Of a stretch of 64,000 nucleotides of DNA, positions 1 through 13,237 are shown in pieces. Each line of letters starts with the position of its first letter. Within the stretch, counting starts at the first letter, position 1. The notes beneath the pieces are model-generated. The model was given only the letters and a program-made list of their open reading frames with translations. It made no database searches and had not been told where the DNA came from. Origin of the DNA: Podarcis pityusensis. Its lineage: Eukaryota. The stretch lies in NCBI GenBank assembly GCA_964106645.2, contig OZ067039.1; one strand, given 5' to 3'. The translations under genes were made by a program, and so were the position numbers.

Positions 1-129
1 TCATTTTGAGCGTCTGCGCATGTGCGAGCGGCAAAACCCGGAAGTAACGTGTTCTGTTACTTCCGGGTCGCCATGGAGCCTAACCTGAAAATGCTCAACC
101 TGAAGCATATTTAACCCGAGGTATGACTG
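1..129. mobile_element. Right end of a Tc1/mariner (Tigger/pogo-like) MITE, cut by the window edge
   Basis: Ends ...CCCGAGGTATGACTG followed by TA; CpG-rich; internal 13-bp inverted repeat at 36-48/56-68. Confidence 0.7.
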
Positions 130-215
130 TAATAACAATAATTATATGAAATGATTCTGTGACAAACAACTTGTGTCACCTCTGAAAGATGTTTAAACTG
201 CATATTAGTCTGTTG

Positions 216-335
216 CGGGTATAGGGAACCTATGGCACTCCACTGGTTCTGAAGATCCCATCATCCCTAACTATTGGCCATGCTAGCTTAAGCTGATGGG
301 AGTTTGTGTCTGGAGGACCTCAGATTCCTCATCTG
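216..335. mobile_element. Degenerate hAT-type hairpin MITE
   Basis: tcccatcatcc...gctgatgggag inverted core; same family as 4739-4862 and 43557-43693. Confidence 0.65.
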
Positions 336-545
336 TGATCTAATGCATGAGAATGGGTGGTCCAGAGCTCACCAGAACCATCTCTCAACATGCCCTCTTT
401 CTTCTTCTTCTGGAAATGAAATTCAAGAAGCTGTACATGAAGTGTTAGTGTAACTCAGTATATATTTAAGGGCGGCCTCAATACGTACTACTGCTCCTGT
501 TTTTCTCAGATGCCCCCATGTATGGGAGCCCCATCCCACCGTTAT

Positions 546-695
546 GGGAAGGGCCGTAGCTCAGAGGCGAGCAGTTGCTTCGTATGCATAAAGTCCAAGG
601 TTTAGTCCTCTTCTACAGTCACTGCCAATCAGTGTTGACAATACTGAGCTGCCTGAACCAATGTTCTGACTCCACATGAGGCAACTCCCAATGTT
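546..695 (+). mobile_element. tRNA-derived squamate SINE (Squam2-like), internally deleted
   Basis: A-box-like gccgtagctcag head; 3' part gacaatactgagct...tctgactc...aggcaact shared with other copies in the window. Confidence 0.7.
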
Positions 696-3600
696 TCTGT
701 TAAAATAAGCCAATAAATCTGCTGCCATATTATATCTGTTTACTGGGATAATATTGAATATTGTTACCAGCTTGGAACATCATCACCACCATTTATTTAT
801 TTTTTTGTGAGCTTTATATCCCATCTGTCAGCCTTGAGATTCCCAGAGTGGTAAACAACAATCCATTAAAATACAATGCACCATTTTATATATACAGGTG
901 TCTGTCAGTGTGTACCTCGATCAGCAGCTCGGCTCACTGAACCAGTAAACTGCTTGTTGAACTAACTGGAAGAGTTTGAAAGACCAGCCTTGGGGATTTG
1001 GTGCCGGAGCTACTGATCAGAAAATGGTTCCTTGGGCACACATGTTTTTCTTAGTGAGTTCCTATATCAGCAGCTTTCATGTCAAGTCCCCAAACTACCC
1101 TTTAAATTCAGGTAAAGATTAAAACAAAGTTTTAAAGTAGGCAGTGCTGGGCAAGGATTGCTGACGGGGAAACTGTGCATGCTTACTTCTTGACTGCGGC
1201 CCTCCTTTCACTTTTCTTCCTTGCTAAATAAAAAAACTCAAAACTGAATAAAATGCTGAGCCTATGGATGACAGGACTGGTTGTGGGCTTACAAGGCCCA
1301 GAAATGGATCCTAAAAGGACTTCTTATTGGATTGAAAAGAACAGCTGCTATTTGGCAATTGCAGAGAAAGTAGTGATTTAGTAAGTGGCAGTTGCGACCA
1401 CTGTTCTATCTCTGGTGAACAGTAGATTATCTCTGAGAGAGATATATACTTTAGGATATGAAGAGATATAGCTGGAGAGCTTAGGGGGTCAATTATTTTA
1501 TATTCTGTCATGGATTCATTCTCTTTAAGTTTCTAGGTTATTGTTTCTCATATTTATAGGATATGCTTTATTCTCCCTGTATGTGCTTGTATGTGTGCTT
1601 ACATACCTATACCTAGGCTCCATTTTCCTGTCTTATTTATTTGTCTGACATGCGGGCTAAACCATAGTTCAGTATGTTGACAATGAGCTGCAGCGAACAT
1701 GCTCTCCCTCCCATTCTTTCTTTGGTGTGTCTGTGGGGAAAAAAGTTCAAGTTTTTGTTTCTGGATTAGATTCATGCTGTCCGAATCAAACAAACAGTGA
1801 TTAATCATTATTGTGCTTTGTTTGAAAGATGCCAGTGTCAAACTATGGGCCAAGAAGTTGGCTTGCTTAAAGAACCATAATTAATATTTACCACAGTTTA
1901 GGGACTGGACAACATGATAAACAGCGGCCAATCAAAATTTATGTCTAAAGCTTCCACCCTCTTTCTTTTGGATGTGATGGAGGGAGGAGGGAAAGGAACC
2001 AGAGGCTTCCTGTAGTTTCTTCTCTTTACACTAACCTGTGGTTTAGTGTGAAATCATTTGGTTCTGGAATTATGATATCTCAAATATCATGAAATCAGTA
2101 GTCTGGAACTATGATGCCTCAATCCTGCCCCTTTCCAGTGGTTTCCAAAGCAAAAAGCTGTGGCTTAAGTGCTCCATACAAATCAGGATTGCCAACCTGG
2201 ATTAAATCACAGCTTCTTGGTTTTGATATTATGGAAGAACTGTGGTTTAAGAGACCAGAAAGTATCCTCTGTAGTGAAGTATGCAAGAGGAGGGGAAGAG
2301 CCAGTATCTTGATTTTATGTCAGTTATATAGCCATTAGCCTCAGAGGGGAGATATTTTTATCTATTTTTACATAAAAAGCTCAATCTTGTTTAAGAAATG
2401 CTCAAGGTTCAGTTTTAAGAAATGTTAAGTGTATTATATTTGCTTGTGGTATATTGAATTTTTTTAACAAGACAGTAGAATTAAAAAATAAAGAATAAAA
2501 AATGATTTAATTAAACTTGACTTTTTGATGGTGATTTTTTTGTTTTAATCATCAGCTGCCTTTCAAGCATGCCATGTTTGGCATTGCTTTTTTCTTCTAA
2601 TATTCTTTTAATGTTCATAGGATGAGGGGTTCTTCTGCTTTCAAGTCCAGTCTATGAGAGCATTTCCTTGGAGTCAGTCTACACTTTTGCATCTGCCTCT
2701 TGTCCCAAAGGGAAGGACTATCTGAAGGTTTAAGAATGCCCAGAAGCAAAAGAGAACAGGAATTCACTTTCCCCTCTAATACTTATTTGTAGTATGCTGG
2801 AATCAAAGAGAACAGATTGGGATTATATGCTCTGTTGTCCCAATTGCAAAAAGTCAGGGCTTTTCAGAGAACATTTGTTAATAGCTGTAAATTAAGTGCC
2901 AGTATGGTTTCCAATTGGGTTTGTGTGTTGATGCCATCCATGAGGATGGCAGTTGTCTTATCCTTTTGATAACCTATGATCACAGCTGCTAGATGAGTAG
3001 GACTGGGAAATACTGGGTTGCTGTGCAGATTAAAGGACTGATGTCATTAATGACAGCTTTGTTCCTTGCCCTTAACAAATAATTGTCTAAAGCTATTATT
3101 TTATTTATGTATTTAAAGTCGCTTTCAACCGTCCTTCTCCAGAATAATTATAAAATGGCTTCCAAAACTAAGAGTAATGTAGTGGTAGTTTTCATAAGCA
3201 AAAATACATTTCAAAAAGTTTCCAAGTATTCTTAAGAAACTAACCTTTCTCAATAGGTGTGTGACAGGTAAATTCAGTTAGAGGGTCTGAGCATGATCAA
3301 GCCAAAAAGCAGTGGGCTGTTTCCAACTAAACCCTTGTGTGTGCAAAACAACTTCCACGAGTGCAACAGAACTTCTTTTCCCTCTGCGCCATCATCAAAC
3401 CCTCTTCCAACTTACAATCACCACCCAAACCCGGAGGACAATGGTGCCCCATTTGAAGAACAACTCTATTTACTTTTCTCCCCTAAATCCCTGTGATTGG
3501 GGTGTCTGGGGAAACAATTCACTGTGGCAAAAAGCTACACCTGCCTGTTGCATGAACGAGCTTTCTACCAGTGCAGATTATAGAAGTAATTTTTAATATT

Positions 3601-4704
3601 TATGTTCATCTCACAATGTGCCCATATTAACAAGCATTTTTGTAACCTATTGTTTAAACCAATTGAATTAAAATAGGGGGTTGGGGTTGGATCTTTTTCA
3701 TTTTGGGGCATATACAGAATATTCCTGAAATCTGCTTTGCTGCACATAGTTTCTAAAAAGGCTGAAGTCATTGCTCGGAAAGGGAATTATTATGATTCTG
3801 TTTCTTCCTTGTTAAAGTGCCAAGAGTCATGCAACTGTCTAGGTCCCCTGGAGCTTTGCATTTCTTGGCTCTGATAAATGAGGGTTAAATAAATCCACCA
3901 TATATCTATTTCCAAGAGTCATGTCTGCATAGCTCCATTCCATTCCCCTGATTTGTAACTTACTTGAATAAGAAATATCTGGAGGGTCTAACCTGTTATA
4001 AATTTAATGGTACATCTAAACAGATAAAGAGGAGCCAGGTTTTTTTTTGGGGGGGGGTACATGTGTATATTAATGAAATGGGAGCATCTCTGTCGTGAGA
4101 TAGATAGCTTGAAGGTTTGCATTAGCAGGAGTTTGTTGGGGATGTTATAGTTTGCAAAGGAGAAACAAAACAAAAAAAGGCCATGAAATCCAATGAATGA
4201 AACTGAACAAAATCTCTTTGATTGGAACGGATTGGAATGCTGCCAAAATGGAATTCTGGATATTTATAATAGACATGTGTTGAATGAAGAGCATGAAATG
4301 TAGAGCTTTAGTAGTGCACTACGCCCAAACTTAGCCAAAGTATGCACACACACACAAAAAAGGAAAGTGGGGACCATTATTTGAACAGGCAACTAATCAA
4401 TTAAATATTTCAGGGAAAGATGCATTATGATCCTTTCCCACAATTTAAACACCCAAATCTGAGGAAATTCTGTATTTTATCTATCCTTTGAGTTCTTGGT
4501 AAGAAAACTAAACTAAAACAGACTTTCTCAGATCTTTTGGTCCAAAAAATTCAATTCAGCTAATTCTTTAAAATGTATTTTCTTTTTTCATGCTGATAAA
4601 TATTGGTAATAACTTTCTACTCCTTGTAGCTTACAGAAAGGGGGAATATCAGAAACCTGATGGAATGGCAATAGTAAGTGGCATTCTGTTATCCCTCAGT
4701 GTTA

Positions 4705-5140
4705 GTTGTTGGCATCCATCTGTCTAGACTCCCTAGACCAGCGGTTCTCAACCTGTTGTTGGACTACAACTCCCATCATCCCTGAGCTCTGGCCTTGCTT
4801 GCTAGGGGTGATGGGAGTTGTAGTTCAACAACATCTGGGGACCCACAGGTTGAGAAAGGCTGGTCTAGACTCTAGGGAGACAATGGAAGGGTGTGCCTTC
4901 AGAGGTGAAGTCAAACTGTTGGAGAGTTCCAGCTCCTGCTGTATAGATTGATACTGGAGGAATGTTTTTTTTTGCATCTGGGGCAGATGAAGGCGTAAGG
5001 TTTTGCTGCTATCGGTGCACTACGGCATTTCTTCTTTTTGTGTTACTCCCAGCGGTCATTCCTCCTCTGGTCACTTCTGTGCAATTGGGAATCGTCTTAA
5101 AGCATGAGATTCCAATTCTGCAGAGGCTTATAAACACAGT
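4705..5140 (-). mobile_element. RTE-clade LINE 3' fragment interrupted by a hAT MITE
   Basis: gttggcatccatctgtct...gagacaatgg...ggtgaagtcaaac...cccagcggtcatt...ctctggtcac resembles a recalled lacertid RTE 3' end. Confidence 0.55.
4739..4862. mobile_element. hAT MITE (124 bp)
   Basis: TIRs CAGCGGTTCTCAACCTGT / ACAGGTTGAGAAAGGCTG; internal hairpin actacaactcccatca/tgatgggagttgtagt; CTAGAC-containing target on both sides. Confidence 0.85.
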
Positions 5141-5354
5141 GGCTTCCGATCCCTGCCCTGAGAAGCAAGCCAGAAACAAGCTGGTGAGGGGTTTCTGAAG
5201 GACCATTTTGTCCTGAGAGGAGAGGAGAAGCAGCAATTTAACTTTATATTAATAAACTGTAGTCTTTTCCTTTTATTGACCATTTTTGCAATTCTCTTTG
5301 CATAAAAATTGGTGTATAAATGCCATAAACAAACAAAACAAACAAACAAACAAA

Positions 5355-5540
5355 GGAAGCTGCCTTATACCAAGTCAGACTGTGGGTCCATATAGCTCAG
5401 TATGGACTGCACTGACTGTCAGTGACTCTCAAGGTTTCAGATCGGAAACATTCCTAGCCCCACCTGGAAATGTCAGGGATTGAATTTCGGACCTTTTGCA
5501 TCAAAGCAGATGTTCTACCACTGAGCCACAGCTCTTCCTT
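5355..5540 (-). mobile_element. tRNA-derived squamate SINE (Squam2-like)
   Basis: ggaagctgccttatac...agtcagac...gggattgaa...accactgagc is the reverse complement of the SINE head and body. Confidence 0.8.
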
Positions 5541-5545
5541 TAACA

Positions 5546-5676
5546 CAGGAATAGTGTGTAGCCCTCCTGATGTTGCTGGTTTACATATCCCAAACAATGG
5601 CAAACATAACCAGTATTCAGAAATGCGGGAACTGGAGTTAAACAAAATCTGGAGGGCTTGACATTGGCTGTCCCTG
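5546..5676. mobile_element. Degenerate hAT MITE
   Basis: CAGG...CCTG ends; gccctcc/ggagggc inverted arms. Confidence 0.55.
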
Positions 5677-8504
5677 CAACACCAGGGGCTCAAAAAGCCA
5701 AGAGAGGTGGAGAAGAGGTATTCTGTAAATGGAATACTATCCAGATTTGAATCCTCCCTCCCCAAACACCAATATGTTATACTGAGTATATTGAGTATGA
5801 ATTGGTGACCAAAATTTTGCCAGAGTCAAGCTTTAGAAGAGATAAAAAATTTGCCCTCTACTCCATTAACTGTCAGCTTCGCATTAAATGGTTCAGGAAG
5901 TGACAGGGCAAAGATGGAAGTATGTTCTAATAATTTACTTTTTAGAGCTGTTGCTGGCTGACAGCGTTTCAACATAAATTATTATATAATAATTCAGGCC
6001 CCGGGGTGCATTTTTCCTCTATTGTCATTCATAAAATTGCTTTGTAGTGTAATTACAGTTTCCTGTTATTGCCTAAAGAATCAGAGCAGCTGCAGTTTAA
6101 AGTGGGAAGCTCTCCCCGCCACCTCCTTTTTCGTTCTCCAAATAGAAATTTATTATTTGGGATGAGTTTGGCATTCATGCACTTGGAAAAGCCACAATGA
6201 GAATACCTCTGAGCCAAGCACAAATGTGGCCAGGTGTTGTACAAGCTTCCTTACCTTGGATACTTGGCTAGCGCACTTTGCCTTGCTCTTCTTCCAAGCC
6301 TAGCTCTCAGGGGTCAGAATGAGGTTGTGGGAGGTAAGGATGAGACCCTTCCTGAAGGCTCTGACAGGCTGGGACTGCTGGTATCTATGTTCATTGCAGC
6401 CCCAATATGTGGGTATGCTTCTTCCTCAGGAACTGCCTCCTGTGGATAACCACACCTGTACTTGTGCTGAGCAGGACTGGTTCTACCCTTAGGCACAGTT
6501 AGACAGCTGCCACAGACGTCTGGTTTTGGGTGTCATGAAAGGGCAGCGTTTTGATGGAAGGCAATATCATGAACGTCACATTAAAATGACCCATGGGAGC
6601 TGGTGATCAAATGCTAGAGATCAAACCCTTCTGGAAGCGACACCTATTCCTAAATAGATGAAGAAGGGGATAGACATGTTGAACTTTGGCTGAGGGAAAC
6701 TTGAGTTGAAATTCCTGTTCAGTCATGAAGAATGATCATGTGGCTTTCCAAGGCACAAGTCCCTCTCCAACTGTGGGGATATTATCACATCATATTGGAA
6801 AAACAAGTTAAAGGATTGTGAAGCAGATTAAAATTTGCTATAGGATGGCTAATAAGAGCAATATAACGTATTACTGCTACTGTTAATAATAAATCCTACA
6901 TTATACATTGTAGGCTTGTCTCTTCATTGGTCAGTTTTCAATTATGAGTTTTATAAACTGAATTATATCCTTTTTATCGAAACTATACCACATACATTAT
7001 TGAACCTCGTGAAGGGAGCTGTGGTTTTCAGAAAGCATTTTGAACACTACATATCCCTTTGTCATTCTAGTTGTGAATCCATCTGTTCCTTACTTTTATC
7101 TCTCTCTCTTTGCCCTGAAGGTAGAAATGAGCACTAGTCATTTGCGATAAAACTCTGGATAGATCAGGAGTGTTAAGATGTTAAGAACATTGCTACCTAT
7201 TAAAATGCCCTAGAGCTCTGATTCATTGCCATTATTTTAAACTTTGTAACTAGGGTAGTCATGCAGGCAGTAAAAAGTCAGGAAAGATGTTCTTTGAATA
7301 GACTCAATTATTTTCTTCAAACCTTTGCCACAAGGAAAATGTGTACAGTGATATAGTGTGTCAAGAACATTTCAAAGAAATAAGGCCTCTTCTAAACCAT
7401 AGCTCTTTGGGCAAAATGCTTTATTTCTTTTCTTTAAAAAACAACAACCCCAAAAACTTGGGACTTGAAGCTTATTTTTTCCCTGACATTGCTTGCCCTG
7501 ATATTTAGACATCAGGCTGCTACAACTGTGATCAAGCTAACTCAAGTCTTCAGCACACACTGAGGAAGTGAGCAGGACACGTGTAGCGCTAATAACTTCT
7601 TAAGTCTCCCTCCTAATAAGGCATGTTGATTATTTCTGTATCTGTTCACATAGGGTTGCAATATGCTGAAGAGCAAAAAAGAGGACTCTATGATGACTCT
7701 CATTTTAAATACCCCTGCTATATGTAGGCTATAGAAACGGTGATATATTGCTGGGGGGGGGGGGCAGGAGAAGAGAAGAGGGAAGCCAACCTCCAGTTAT
7801 GTCTATGTCTCATCCAGCAAGTATAGCCAGAGACATTTTGGCAAATTTTAAAAAAATCCACCCAGACAGAAATTTCACCCCTGAAAAAGAGTTTGAGAAA
7901 GTTGTGAAGTTTTAAAAAAACAAATACCTGCAGAAACAACGAAAGCCGAGCCTCTAAGCCCAGCTGTGCAACAGGGTTGGCAGAATTAAACTTAGAAAAT
8001 GACTCTTCCTGCTTTAAAGGTTGGACTAGGTGATTGGTATCCATTTGTCATTGTTCTGAATTGGTCTTTTCCTGATGCATGCCATTCTGACGAGATTTCC
8101 TTATAGGCTGCAACTGCACTGGAAGCCATACCATGGTTTAGGTTACAAGGATGGGCCTTGGGTTCACCTGCTCTCATCTCACCTCTCCTCCTCTTTCTGT
8201 GCATGGCTACTCTCGTTTACTCATTGAAGCTTACTCCCAGACAAGTTGTGTATAGGATTGCAGGTAAAATTTGGTTGTGATGCGTTCTTATCATGCTCCA
8301 TCCATGATTACTTTTCTTTTCAATAAAAATATAGTCACCAAAAAGATTGTGGGCCTTCCCTGATAAATTTCTTGGAAGAGGAAAGTAAGTTATATAAAGT
8401 CCGAGCTAGGGTTCCTTCTTTTTCTTTCAGTGTTTGGAAACCCTGGGGCAAGGACAACCTGGGTTTGTTGTGTAATTAAAATACGACTAAATGCTATGGG
8501 GCAT

Positions 8505-8812
8505 ATGAAGCTGACTTATGCTGAGTCAGACAATTGACCCATCTAGTATTACATACTCTGACCAGCAACACCTCTCCAGAAGATTTCCAAAACCTTTCAA
8601 CTTGAGATCGTTTAATTCGGGGGTCGGAAAATTGTGGTTCTCCAGATGTTGTTCTCCCAACATCCCTGACCATTGGCCAAAATGGCTAGAGCTGATGGAA
8701 GTTGGAGCCCAAGAACATTTGGAAGGTCACAGGTTCCTGCATTAACTGGAAATCCTGGGATCTGAACCTTGGACTTCCTGGATGAATCAGCTCGAATCAG
8801 GTTGCGGCTGCT
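8505..8812 (-). mobile_element. Squam2-like SINE with a nested hAT MITE (about 8617-8742)
   Basis: SINE 3' part (gaagctgacttatgctgagtcagac) and head (gggatctgaacc) are separated by ctccagatgtt...acatttggaagg MITE sequence. Confidence 0.65.
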
Positions 8813-10465
8813 ACATACGGAAATCTCCCTAATTGTTATCAAATGCGGAAGTCCTCAAGTCTTCATTTTGTTTTGTATTTTCTCCACTGCTCATTTTTCT
8901 TCACTTATTACGAAGAGAGATGGAATTGCTCTGTTTAGGCTATGTGTTTTAGGGTAAAACCATGTTTACATAATGCTCATCTGTTTTCCCCTGTGTATAA
9001 TGCATTAATGACATTTCTCTCTCTCTCTTTAATGGTTTGGAGAGAAGAAAATGTAAATGAAAGGGATAGCAAACAGGTTGTTTTTACAGTTAAAAACACA
9101 GAATTTCAAATATATTTTATTAAACCCCACTAAAGAAAAAAGGTAGTAACAATTCTAAACCCAAGAATAATTTGCCAAATGAGTTTCTTTGTTAAGGACT
9201 GAGAGATTAGGTTTAAGAACTAGGAGATTCTATTGTCGTTTCTTTAATGGTATTAGTATTATTATTTTATTATTTATTGAATTTCTGTATTGCCCTTCAT
9301 CCAAAGATCACAGGGTGGTGTACAATATAAAAACACAAAAATGCATACTGTAATAACAAACAGAAACAATACCCCCCCCCCAGTTTAAAAGGCATCACAT
9401 GAAGTTTAATTTACATCATTTGCAGATTAATTTATTTCTCGAACATTGCAATTGTAATCATAGTGATAATCCAAGGCAGGTGAAAGGGATGAGCAAATTT
9501 GGGTCTGGAAAAGTGTCATCAGTTGCCTTCGCAAAGAGAGAGTAGAGAAGGAGTGGCAGACTGGTTTGTCTGCAGCCCATTTCAGGGACTGGTGGCCTGG
9601 TTTGCTACCTGCCAATCGCTCCTCAGAGTGACCCTCTAAAACTAGTTGCTGAAGAGAACAGAACAAAACATTCACTAGATTTTATTTCACACCTGCACAT
9701 ATCAGTCTCTATTCCACTCCCACCATAAGAAGTAATTTAGCTGGGCAAGAATGGCTGTGATGAAATGGACATCTCATAGTCGACACCAAGCCTTCTGCAT
9801 TCCCTTCCCGTGATCCTCCCTTCTCTTTTTCTCATTAGCCTCATTAAACAAACAAGCAAACAAAACAAAACCACCCAGCTTCTTAAGGTAGGGAAAGCCT
9901 CTAAAGCACCATCAGTAGCAAGACGTTGCTGCTAGTGGAAAAAATGGTTAGAGCTCTTTGATGCAAGGAAGAAGTTTAAGTGCCCACTAGAGGATCTTTG
10001 ACTCCTGGAATTCACAGAGGGGTAAATTAAATTGGAACACAATTTAAAAGTAAACCAGCAGGTTTTAGCAGTTTCTACTTTTACATTAAAATGCTTTCAA
10101 AGAAATGTGATTTGGAGGAAAATGAATTATGGTTTGCTTCTTCTGGCTGATTGTTAAGAATACATTGGGTCAAGGGTTGCTTTGATGTGCATTTAGAAAT
10201 GGTGTCTGGTATAACAAATATACTGAATTAGACAGAGAAGGGCATGGACAATGGAAGAATGGAGACCTCCTGATGGTTTACAGTTGTTTATTATCATATT
10301 AATGATAAATTGTTTTTAAATGATTGTTTCCCCCCTGTTTTTAGCTGTTAGTATTATAGCTATGAGCCACCTTGAGTCACTGTCAGGGGGAAAAGCAGGA
10401 TATTAACAACAACAACATTCTGTAAAGCCCAACAACTGTGAGGCAAATGTAGTTTTATCAGTGTG

Positions 10466-10470
<5 letters not shown>

Positions 10471-10496
<26 letters not shown>
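10471..10496. repeat. (AC)13 microsatellite
   Basis: Direct reading. Confidence 0.95.
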
Positions 10497-10669
10497 GTTC
10501 AAATTTTGCATAGAAAAAATAACAACAGCACCCCGTTAGCTGTCTGTGTATTCAGTTTCTACCCTGAAAAACATTTGCAACATTTAATAGGCTGCTACCA
10601 AGTATCTCTAGGTACTTTTCTTCATGTCATACCTCAACCCATTTGATGGAGACATTTTTTGGAATACAG

Positions 10670-10960
10670 GGTTGTGTACAATGCTGCCCATCCACTTATG
10701 TTTGTGCAGTGGAACTTCCTCCTCTTCTCCACTGTAGGCCCTCCCCTGTGCACCTCAAAATCTGCTGCAAAGAATTAGGGAACCATTCTGAGTAGATTTC
10801 GGGGGGCACATTGGGAGAGGAAAGGAAGGCAAAGTCCCATTGTGCAACCTAAACTCCAAACACACAGTGCTGTGTTTCTCTTTCCCTAGATGAACCTTAT
10901 TCCCAGCTCTGTGTTTCTTAGATACGCCTCCATTATTCAAACTAAGCATAATCCACACCC
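10670..10960. mobile_element. Old palindromic MITE (same family at about 51220-51400 and 54331-54595)
   Basis: Inverted arms (ttcctcctcttctcc vs ggagaggaaaggaa; aaatctgct vs agtagattt); dispersed related copies. Confidence 0.55.
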
Positions 10961-13059
10961 TAATGATTCACAGAGTTTCTGAGCCACAAGAGATCTTCTT
11001 GGAGGGTGATTATTCCAGTGCTAGCAATTATGTAGGACAATCTTCTGTGCAAAATGCCCTAAGTTATTTTCTTTCTTTTAAGTTTAAAGGAATTGTTCAA
11101 TGACTTCCCAACTCCATGTTCCACAATTAATTAAATTTTTTAAATAAATTATTTTTATGTTCAGAACAGTTGTTTCCCCTCCCCACCCCTGCTTTTCTTT
11201 CACAACCAAATTGGCCTTGAAAGCAATATGTGAAATTTTGCAAACTGAATTTCTTCTGAATTTGAAACATCCATTATGATTTCAACAAGTTTGCATTGGT
11301 ACAAATTAATCCAATAGCTTCCAGGAAGAATTAGGCAAGTGACAAATTGCGGTCGCTTTCTTCAACAGAATTCTTCTGAATACGAAAGCTTCAGTCTCTT
11401 CAGTCTGAAAATGAAGCTGTAGCCTTCAATGACCTGTCTAATGAAAGGTTTAACCACAGTGTCAAGCAGTTTTTTGCTGTCTTTAGGAATTTGTTCCATA
11501 TTCATGGCCTTCCTTAGTTTAATGTAAACAGGCACCGCAGCAGCTGTGTCCCCTTAAGCAGTTTTTTTATTTAGCATCTGGGTTGTACACGTCACTTGGT
11601 AGCCATGGATTTTCAATTTTTCCTTGTGCCAAGGGGGCAGTGGGAATAATTTGACTGCTCATTAATTTGAGAGAAATATGAGCTGTGTAAGTCAGACAAC
11701 ATGAGTCTTCTGTATGGTGTCGTACAAGGATAAGCGGATCATGGTAGAAGCAATTTGCCCTGTCCCAAGGGTGCCTTAGACTTTTAATAAGCTAGTTATG
11801 AAAATTCTATTTCTTTGCCATTTAAAGAGTCTAATTAGTGCCTGTAATATAACTGGAGTGGATGAAGGTTAACGTTAGGCCTCCAGAGGCTTTTCACATT
11901 CAGTTACAGATAGAAATCAGGTAACAGTTTGTAGCTAATTAGAATAGTGTATTAAATATTCAGTCCATCTTGATTTGACTCTGGGAGCGCATGGATTCTG
12001 TGAAGCTACAAAAAATGATAAAGGGGAGTTAAATTTTAATTTTTAATCAAAGATAAAGACAATGTACTGATTTTAGTTTTGAGTACAGTATGCTGATAGC
12101 CTAAGAAGCAATTGCCTCGTAGTCTGCTGAAACATCAAGATAAAGGGAGTTGACTTAATTTCATCACTCCTGCATTTTGAAGCCTGAAATACTTCCCAGC
12201 TGTCTAATTAACACAGATTTTCAATATTTATTTTGTATTCTGCTTGTGTGATGAAGCCACTGGCACTGATTGCATGAGCTGCTGTGAATAGTTCAATTTG
12301 TGAACAATTCAAGCTGTCCGGGAAGTGGGGGGCAGGATAGTCAGAATGTTTGCAACAGAGATGGAGAAACGAGGCAAGAAAGAGCACTGAAGAAACTCAT
12401 AGCGCTTTAGAGCAGAAGGTACTGACTAAAAGAAATGGAACAAAGGCCCCTTCAAACTGGTGATTTCTGCAGGTATATTGTGCAACATGTCATTGATGCA
12501 GTAATAGTGAATTAGTGGTGGGTTTATACTGGGCTGTCCGCACATAATTCCAATTTGTTAGTCGTTCAGCGATGCTTTCCCAACATTGCTGGAGTCACTC
12601 ATGTGCGATGGTACAGCAAAAGCAGGATCAAGAGCAAACTCCCCTCCCCCCAGGACATTTGTGGTATGAAAAGTCACAGGAAGTCAGCAGGATGCTACAG
12701 GACATGCACCAATTGGAAGCCAAGCAGTATGTCCGCCCCAAAACTTTTGCATGTGCAAACAGTATTGAAAGTGGGATTGTGTATTACAACCATCCTGATA
12801 CAATCAGGCGTGCAAATCATCATGAATGCACAATAAAGAGGGCATCCAGAGGTCTCCAAAGTGGACTGTGGGCAGTGAAAACTGGTATCCAAGGAAAACA
12901 TGGGCATCTGAAAGAGTAGGGAAACCAAGGAGGGCTGAGGCAAAATCTCACAGGGGACCTGTAGGGTAGGATAGAACTGTAGGGTAGAACTATGTGTGCA
13001 GTTGTCCTGAGATCCTTAGAAAATGCAAGAGGAACACAGCACGCCAACAGCTGTATTTT

Positions 13060-13237
13060 GCTGGGCAAACCATCTAGCGCAGTATTGTCTTCACTACAGT
13101 ATTGTCTTCACTAGCAGCAGCTTTCCAGGGTTTCAGACGGGAGTCTTTCCCAGCTGCACCTGGACATGGCAGTGATTGAGCTTGGATTTTTTTGTATGCA
13201 AAGCATGCACTGTACCACTGAGCTATGGCCCTTGCCC
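13060..13237 (-). mobile_element. Squam2-like SINE with an internal 17-bp tandem duplication
   Basis: cagggtttcagac...accactgagctatggccc; CAGTATTGTCTTCACTA occurs twice (13080-13113). Confidence 0.75.

Noticed and set aside
12555-13068. Four overlapping ORFs, one faintly like a Gypsy integrase zinc finger
   Set aside because: HHCC spacing is not satisfied; the region starts with MITE-like inverted ends (ctgtccgcacat / atgtgcaaacag); no recognisable protein.
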